Assembly (NCBI GenBank): GCA_963664325.2
Contig: CAXXDQ010000004.1
Location: forward strand, 800,001 to 864,000
Length of the DNA: 64,000 nucleotides
Direction: 5' to 3'
Source: Desulfomonilia bacterium
Lineage (GTDB): Bacteria; Desulfobacterota; Desulfomonilia; UBA1062
Positions 58,426-64,000 of this stretch are shown piece by piece. Both the position numbers and the translations under genes were made by a program. Numbering within the stretch: the stretch's first letter is position 1; every line of letters begins with the position of its first letter. The notes beneath the pieces were generated by a model that searched no databases, was not told the origin of the DNA, and worked only from the letters and a program-made list of their open reading frames with translations.

Positions 58426-58725
58426 CTACCCCGGCTTTACCGGTGATTTTATCTCAGCCTCTTTTTCCCTGAGAATCTTTTCGAGCTGTTTAACCTGGTC
58501 GGCGGCATTTTTCTCTCTGGCTCTCATGTCCGACCCCGAGAGGATATTGTAAATAAAAGCAATAAGCGTACCCGATACGAACGAAACAAATAGCACAAGG
58601 TAAAGGGGGAATTCTTTGGACGTTAGCGTAAAGAAATGCAGGCTGGCCCCCTGCTGATTTGAGACTCCAAAAAGGATGCCGGCGACAATTATTGAGATTA
58701 TAATGGCAACCTTAATATATATCAA
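58426..58725 (-). CDS. LapA-family membrane protein
   Basis: Transmembrane helix - FGVSNQ - PLYLVLF helix - coiled-coil tail. Confidence 0.7.
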   Translation of the reverse strand: MIYIKVAIIISIIVAGILFGVSNQQGASLHFFTLTSKEFPLYLVLFVSFVSGTLIAFIYNILSGSDMRAREKNAADQVKQLEKILREKEAEIKSPVKPG

Positions 58726-59189
58726 GAAATAGCCCCCCTTATTTTTGCCAGGGTTTTTTCAATATGCTCGGAAACTATATGGACTTCTGACAGTACAGGG
58801 ATAAAGTTTGTATCGCCGTTCCATCGCGGAACTATGTGCACATGGATATGATCGGCTATTCCTGCACCGGCAGCTGCACCCATATTAATGCCTATATTAA
58901 AACCATCAGGCTGCATGGATTTCTTTATTGCCGCTGTCAGCTCCTTGACAAGCCTGAACATGTCTGCACCCTCTTCATCATTGAGGTCATTTATGTCTCC
59001 GGTATGTCTCACCGGCGCCACCATGCAGTGGCCGGCGGTATAAGGGAACCGGTTCATTATTGCAAATGAAAAAGGGCTTTTCTTGATGAGCAGGCTGCCA
59101 GTTTCTTCCTGTGCGTTGCAGAAAAGACAGCCGTCCTGCCTGGACCCGGATACATATTCAGCCCTCCATGGCGACCAGAGATTATTCAT
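58722..59189 (-). CDS. HIT-family hydrolase
   Basis: LWSPWR, CLFC, AGAGIADHIHVHIVPRW.GD. Confidence 0.92.
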   Translation of the reverse strand: MNNLWSPWRAEYVSGSRQDGCLFCNAQEETGSLLIKKSPFSFAIMNRFPYTAGHCMVAPVRHTGDINDLNDEEGADMFRLVKELTAAIKKSMQPDGFNIGINMGAAAGAGIADHIHVHIVPRWNGDTNFIPVLSEVHIVSEHIEKTLAKIRGAIS

Positions 59190-59674
59190 AGCTCTATGAT
59201 TTCTCCCCTCATATTTCCAGAATCGGTTACAATTATACCCACTGAATTGATGTTTGTAAATCTTGAGTCGGTGGGCGATCCCGGATTAAAAAAGAAAATA
59301 CCCGACTCATACGCACAGAATGGCTGATGCGTATGGCCGTATACGATTGCGTCGACATCTGAAAATTCGCAAATGATGCGCTGTCTGATACCGCCCGGAG
59401 ACCCCCAGCCGTGAATGATGCCGATCCTTATGTCTTCAACCTCGATGACTTTTTTTGCAGGATACCTGCTTCTTATTTCATCAATGTCCATGTTTCCTGA
59501 GACCGCATGAACCGGCTTATTCGTTGCGTAAAGTGAATCCAGAACCGAAGGCCATACCATGTCGCCTGCATGAATGAACATATCCACAGTAGAAAGATGC
59601 TTTTCGACAATTTTATCGATAATGTTGTCAGGCCCTTTAAGGTGGGTGTCAGAAAAGACTCCGATTTTAAGCAT
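59186..59674 (-). CDS. Metallophosphoesterase (YfcE/MJ0936 family)
   Basis: SDTH, HAGD, GNMD, HG, GHTH, NPGS. Confidence 0.92.
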   Translation of the reverse strand: MLKIGVFSDTHLKGPDNIIDKIVEKHLSTVDMFIHAGDMVWPSVLDSLYATNKPVHAVSGNMDIDEIRSRYPAKKVIEVEDIRIGIIHGWGSPGGIRQRIICEFSDVDAIVYGHTHQPFCAYESGIFFFNPGSPTDSRFTNINSVGIIVTDSGNMRGEIIEL

Positions 59675-59780
59675 TTCTTAAGATAGCCACACAAACAAAG
59701 ATAATTCAAGGGCGAGACTCATGGGAATTGCGTTCAATCCGCTTACGGGTTGGGCTTGCGACTTCCGGCCCGGAAATGCG

Positions 59781-60842
59781 TCACTTCTTAAGCAGCATCT
59801 CGCCGAGCCTTTTCTGTTTGATCATTGATACGCCGTCGGCAATCCTGATCAGTCTGCTGAAATCAGACAGCATGACCGGAAGGCGATCGTCTCCTTTAGT
59901 TGAGCCTGAAATGATATTGTCAGAGATTTCCTGAAATTCCGCAGCCAAAGACCTTGAGACCAGTATTACCGGCAGCAGATTATCCACCACATCTTCATCG
60001 AGCAGACCTGCGGCCTTGTCAGCAATGAAAGCCGCTGTTTCACATATTGCCTTCATCCGGCCAAGGACAAGCAGGATATCGTCATTGGTGGGCGAATCTC
60101 TAAGAATGACAGCAATGCCATTGACAATAAACCCCATCGCTCCTGCGAGAGGACCCATCATCATGACGTCTTCGATCTCCCTGAAAGGAACCACGATTTC
60201 ATTATATGCCGAACCCCCTGTACCTATCAGGTTTTCTTTGGGAACAGCGCAAGAATCAAGCTTAACAAAGCCATGCGGCGACGGCCTTAAAAAAGGTATG
60301 CCCATGTCAACAACACTAAGGCCTGCTGATGATTTGGGTACAATTATGGCGCTGAATTTCTTACGGCCTTCCTTCTCATCCGTGACTGCGATGACAACAA
60401 AGATATCCGCAATGGGCGCATTGGTGATAAAGGCCTTTTCGCCGGTAATGACATAGCCTCGATCTGTCAATTCGGCACGGGTTTTCATGTGTTTGGGATG
60501 CGCCCCTGTTTTAGGTTCGCTCATGGCTAAGCAGGCGGTTTTCCCGCCCGAGAGCATTTCTATCTGCCCCGGTGTACCCAGCCTTTCAAAGACAAAGCGG
60601 CATGCAAGCTGATGAAGCATCCAGCTCAGGCAATACCCTATATTGCCTCCGTGCCTGAGAAGCGCTTTACCTGCAGAACTTATTTCCGAATAGCTCTTCA
60701 GGGGTTCAAGCAGGCCTTCAGAACGCATTATCTCCCAGACGTCACAGGGGAATGGACCTGAAGCCAGGTTTCGCCCGGCCATATGTTCACCGGCGAACCT
60801 CACCATCCTTTCATATTGCATTTCCATATTGTTCTGACCCAT
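59781..60842 (-). CDS. Acyl-CoA dehydrogenase family protein
   Basis: LAMSEP..G, ITGEKAFITNAP. Confidence 0.8.
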   Translation of the reverse strand: MGQNNMEMQYERMVRFAGEHMAGRNLASGPFPCDVWEIMRSEGLLEPLKSYSEISSAGKALLRHGGNIGYCLSWMLHQLACRFVFERLGTPGQIEMLSGGKTACLAMSEPKTGAHPKHMKTRAELTDRGYVITGEKAFITNAPIADIFVVIAVTDEKEGRKKFSAIIVPKSSAGLSVVDMGIPFLRPSPHGFVKLDSCAVPKENLIGTGGSAYNEIVVPFREIEDVMMMGPLAGAMGFIVNGIAVILRDSPTNDDILLVLGRMKAICETAAFIADKAAGLLDEDVVDNLLPVILVSRSLAAEFQEISDNIISGSTKGDDRLPVMLSDFSRLIRIADGVSMIKQKRLGEMLLKK

Positions 60843-60870
60843 CCAATTTTACTCTGTTCCCGGTTTTCTT

Positions 60871-60918
60871 TAATGACTCAACGGCTTAACAGCTCAAAAG
60901 CTTTTCAGCTTAACGGCT
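60871..60918. repeat. Degenerate 8-bp tandem repeat, 6 units
   Basis: taatgact caacggct taacagct caaaagct tttcagct taacggct. Confidence 0.6.
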
Positions 60919-62254
60919 ATAAAACCAGCTCTTCTACAAATTCCATCAGCTCGTTTAAAGTCCTCATCTGCCTAAGCTCATTGCAGTAAGGCTCATAGGT
61001 GCTCATTTCGCTGTCGCCCGTATTCCAGACATAGTTCGGTTCCGGATTGAGCCATATTACGCGCCTTGCCCTTTCCCGCATCTCTGAAAAGATCCTGTCT
61101 TCCGGGTTCTGGTAATTAGTTCTGGCATCGCCCATGACAATCAGCGTAGTCTTTTTATCAAGAGTGTCCATATGATGCTGTTTAAACTCGCGGAGCGTCT
61201 TCCCGTAGTCCGTGGGCAGATTGAACTCGAGTGGGGATTCCTTGAGCACGAGGTCTATTGCATGGTTTATCTCATGCTCCTTGAGGGTCTTTGTAACATC
61301 AGCCAGGCCTGAAACAAAGATGAAGCTCTTTACGTCTGCAAAGCATTCCTGAAGTGAATAGAGAACGTTAAGCATGAAGCGCGCCGACGCCCATACGGAA
61401 CTGGACACATCGCACAGGGTGACTATACGAGCCTTTCTTTTCGGCTTGTGGCGCATGCGAATCTCAATGGGCACTCCGTGGTATTTCTGGGCGGCCCTCA
61501 ATGTCTTTTTTACATCAATAACGCCTGCGCTCATGGAGGCCCACCTTCTTGTTACGATATCCTTCAGTTTCCTTACAAGGTGGTCGATCGTTTCCCGGAC
61601 TTCATTGATCTCCTTTTCGTTAAGGGTGCCGAAGGGTTTTGAACCTGTCCCCCTTTTTTCATCATGGGCCTTCAGTTTTTTAAGCCCGTCCGCGACAGGG
61701 CCCTGGTCCTCGACCATCAGCCTGTAGGCGCGTTCTATGCGGGAAGTTATAAGGTCTGCGTATTCGTCCTGTCCCCTTGTGTATGCAGAGTCCAGAGCAA
61801 GGTCTCGGATTCTGTTAAGGGCCAGCAGTATTTCAATGCGGTTTGCGAGCGGTCCCAGGTTGAATCTCATGAATGTGTGGGATTCATTCTCCCTCATCCT
61901 CCTCAGCACGTCCAGGTAGGGTAACGGGTTACCTGAAACGAAATCCACGATCGCCTGTTCCTTTCCGTCGGCGTCCTCTTTTATGTGGGCAAGCTCGTCC
62001 CTCATTTCATCGAACGGATTGGTTCTGTCCGATTCGCCTGGAAGGCCGTGAAAGAACAGATCATAAAGCCTGTCGAAGCGCCTGGAGTCGCGATGGGTCT
62101 TGACGAAATTGCATTTGAGGGTGGTCCTGAAAACGTCCTCGTCCAGCGCATCGATGACCTCCAGGTGCCTAGCACAGTCAAGGACCTCGGCTGTAGAGAC
62201 CAGCATCTCTCCGGCCTTAAGGCATGATACGAAATCTAGCAGGAGGTTTATCAA
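60917..62254 (-). CDS. CoxE-like VWA-domain protein
   Basis: LCDVSSSV MIDAS motif, TDYG, GDARTN, WLNPE. Confidence 0.9.
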   Translation of the reverse strand: MINLLLDFVSCLKAGEMLVSTAEVLDCARHLEVIDALDEDVFRTTLKCNFVKTHRDSRRFDRLYDLFFHGLPGESDRTNPFDEMRDELAHIKEDADGKEQAIVDFVSGNPLPYLDVLRRMRENESHTFMRFNLGPLANRIEILLALNRIRDLALDSAYTRGQDEYADLITSRIERAYRLMVEDQGPVADGLKKLKAHDEKRGTGSKPFGTLNEKEINEVRETIDHLVRKLKDIVTRRWASMSAGVIDVKKTLRAAQKYHGVPIEIRMRHKPKRKARIVTLCDVSSSVWASARFMLNVLYSLQECFADVKSFIFVSGLADVTKTLKEHEINHAIDLVLKESPLEFNLPTDYGKTLREFKQHHMDTLDKKTTLIVMGDARTNYQNPEDRIFSEMRERARRVIWLNPEPNYVWNTGDSEMSTYEPYCNELRQMRTLNELMEFVEELVL

Positions 62255-62271
62255 TTTTTTAACCCCCGGAA

Positions 62272-63183
62272 TTACTGCCTGACTATTTTTGACAGATTGT
62301 CTTTTACCCTGTCAGCATCCGTCTTGTATTTAATAAGTGCTCCGAGCGTGTCGGTGACCAGTTCCGCAGACAGATCATCCACCTGCAGCGCAATAAGCGC
62401 ACGCGCCCAGTCGAGGGTCTCCGATATGCAGGGCCGTTTTCTGAGGTCGAGCTTGCGGATCTCCCTGACGGCATCGATCATCCTGTCAAGGAGCCTTTCC
62501 TCAATGCCGGGGATGCGCGTCTTGACTATGCGCTTTTCAATCTCCCGGTCGGGATAGTCTATCCAGATGTGCAGGCAGCGCCTTTTTAGCGCATCGCTCA
62601 TGTCCCGGTAATTGTTTGACGTCAGCACGACAAACGGGATGTTTTTTGCCTTCCTTGTGCCAAGCTCAGGGATGGTAACCTGGAAATCACTCAAAAGCTC
62701 AAGCAGAAAGGCCTCGAATTCCGGGTCGCTCTTGTCGACCTCATCTATGAGCAGTACCGTCGGCTTTTCAGAGCTGATGGCTGTGAGCAGCGGCCTCGGG
62801 CAGATGAAACGCTCTGAGAAGAAGGCGTCCTCCTCCCCCGCAATCCTGTCAACAGCCTCTGAAAGGGTTTTAGTTCCTTGAAGGACCTCGCCGATCTTTT
62901 CCTTGACCATCTGGGTATATAGGAGCTGTTTAGCATATTCCCACTCGTACAGGGCCTTGGCCTCGTCTAGACCTTCATAACATTGAAGCCTTATCAGTTC
63001 CCTGCCCAGGCAGAGGGCAACCGACTTTGCGAGCTCGGTTTTTCCCACTCCAGCCGGCCCTTCGACAAGCACGGGTTTGTTCGTGGCCTGGGCCAGATAA
63101 ACTACTGTCGATATCTGCCTTGACGGGATGTATCCTACCGATTCCAATTCACTGCTGACATCTGCTATTGATGAAAATGACAT
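62272..63183 (-). CDS. MoxR/CoxD-like AAA+ ATPase
   Basis: GPAGVGKT, RLQCYEGLD, LIDEVDK, DALKRRC. Confidence 0.92.
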   Translation of the reverse strand: MSFSSIADVSSELESVGYIPSRQISTVVYLAQATNKPVLVEGPAGVGKTELAKSVALCLGRELIRLQCYEGLDEAKALYEWEYAKQLLYTQMVKEKIGEVLQGTKTLSEAVDRIAGEEDAFFSERFICPRPLLTAISSEKPTVLLIDEVDKSDPEFEAFLLELLSDFQVTIPELGTRKAKNIPFVVLTSNNYRDMSDALKRRCLHIWIDYPDREIEKRIVKTRIPGIEERLLDRMIDAVREIRKLDLRKRPCISETLDWARALIALQVDDLSAELVTDTLGALIKYKTDADRVKDNLSKIVRQ

Positions 63184-63272
63184 GGCATTTCTCCTTTGGA
63201 AATACTGAAAAAAGGCTTATCAAGTATGTTTATATATGGCAAGAGATAAAAAACCCTTTCAGGAGTAGACTT

Positions 63273-64000
63273 ATGTCCCTCGAACTGAGCCAAAGAAACA
63301 GCTGTGTCATGCAGTCTGAAATCAGAAACATGACAATCGAATGCAACCGTATCGGCGGTATAAATCTGTCACAGGGCGTGTGCGACACGCCGGTTCCTGA
63401 TGAGGTTATCCAGGGTGCCAAGAAAGCCATGGACGACGGTATAAATATCTATACAAATTATGCCGGACTGACGGACCTGAGAACCGCCATTGCAGAAAAA
63501 CAAAGGCGTTTCTATGGCATGGATGTAAATCCAGAGAACGAAATCATTGTCAGCGCAGGCGCGACCGGAGTCTTTTACTGCGCATGCTTTGCCCTGCTCG
63601 ACCCGGGCGATGAAGTAATAGTCTTTGAACCATATTACGGCTATCATGTAAGCACCCTGAACGTGCTCGGCGTAGTGCCTGTCTATGTCAGGATGGAACC
63701 CCCTGACTGGATATTTTCAATGAAAGACCTTGAAAAAGTGCTTACGAATCGAACAAAAGGCATCATAATTAACACGCCGGCAAACCCTTCCGGCAAGGTT
63801 TTCAGCTTTTCGGAGCTTGAGATGCTCTCTGAATTTGCCATAAGGCACGACCTATTCGTTTTCACCGACGAGATTTACGAGCACTTCCTTTATGACGGCG
63901 TCAGGCATGTTCCGCCGGCAAAACTTCCAGGAATGTATGAACGCACGATATCGATCTCAGGGGCCTCGAAGATGTTCAGCGTTACAGGCTGGCGTCTCGG
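63273..64000 (+). CDS. Class I/II PLP-dependent aminotransferase, partial (runs off window end)
   Basis: Manual translation: MSLELSQR..INLSQG...NTPANPSGKVF..DEIYE...SGASKMFSVTGWRL; AGGAG RBS. Confidence 0.9.
   Translation, partial: MSLELSQRNSCVMQSEIRNMTIECNRIGGINLSQGVCDTPVPDEVIQGAKKAMDDGINIYTNYAGLTDLRTAIAEKQRRFYGMDVNPENEIIVSAGATGVFYCACFALLDPGDEVIVFEPYYGYHVSTLNVLGVVPVYVRMEPPDWIFSMKDLEKVLTNRTKGIIINTPANPSGKVFSFSELEMLSEFAIRHDLFVFTDEIYEHFLYDGVRHVPPAKLPGMYERTISISGASKMFSVTGWRL

Noticed and set aside
1-64000. CRISPR array, integrase, transposase, prophage or rRNA
   Set aside because: No regularly spaced direct repeats or corresponding protein/RNA motifs seen

Overview
Chromosomal window from what looks like an anaerobic deltaproteobacterium (Desulfobacterota/Syntrophales-like). 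This is inferred from gene content: vor-type oxidoreductase, dfx-fprA-rbr, alaC-hom-apgM, and sigma54 promoters. 1-2.8 kb holds a partial lipoprotein gene that the ORF track missed, plus a GH51 glycosidase. 3.2-29.0 kb is an accessory region bracketed by the 3' ends of tRNA-Val(CAC) and tRNA-Asn(GTT), with no integrase visible. It contains (i) a three-gene secreted cassette, WG-repeat protein / RHS-YD protein / WG-repeat protein, where the two WG proteins share a duplicated N-terminal module but have unrelated C-termini, and (ii) a 12-gene divergent amino-sugar/cyclitol-type catabolic cluster with a perfect LacI-type operator. 29-39 kb has a GT2 gene, a candidate structured sRNA, an alpha-2-macroglobulin remnant and two convergent oxygen-defence operons with matching AGTAA-N3-TTACT-like boxes. 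39-64 kb is mostly core metabolism (vor, pgk-tpiA-secG, a Cys-less purF, a P-type ATPase, apgM-hom-alaC-lipA, acyl-CoA dehydrogenase, CoxE/MoxR). The best novelty candidates are the WG-RHS-WG cassette, the amino-sugar cluster, the sRNA, two genes with in-frame internal Shine-Dalgarno/ATG starts, and a 42-bp-phased sigma54 enhancer array. All family calls come from motif recognition by eye; no database searches were run.
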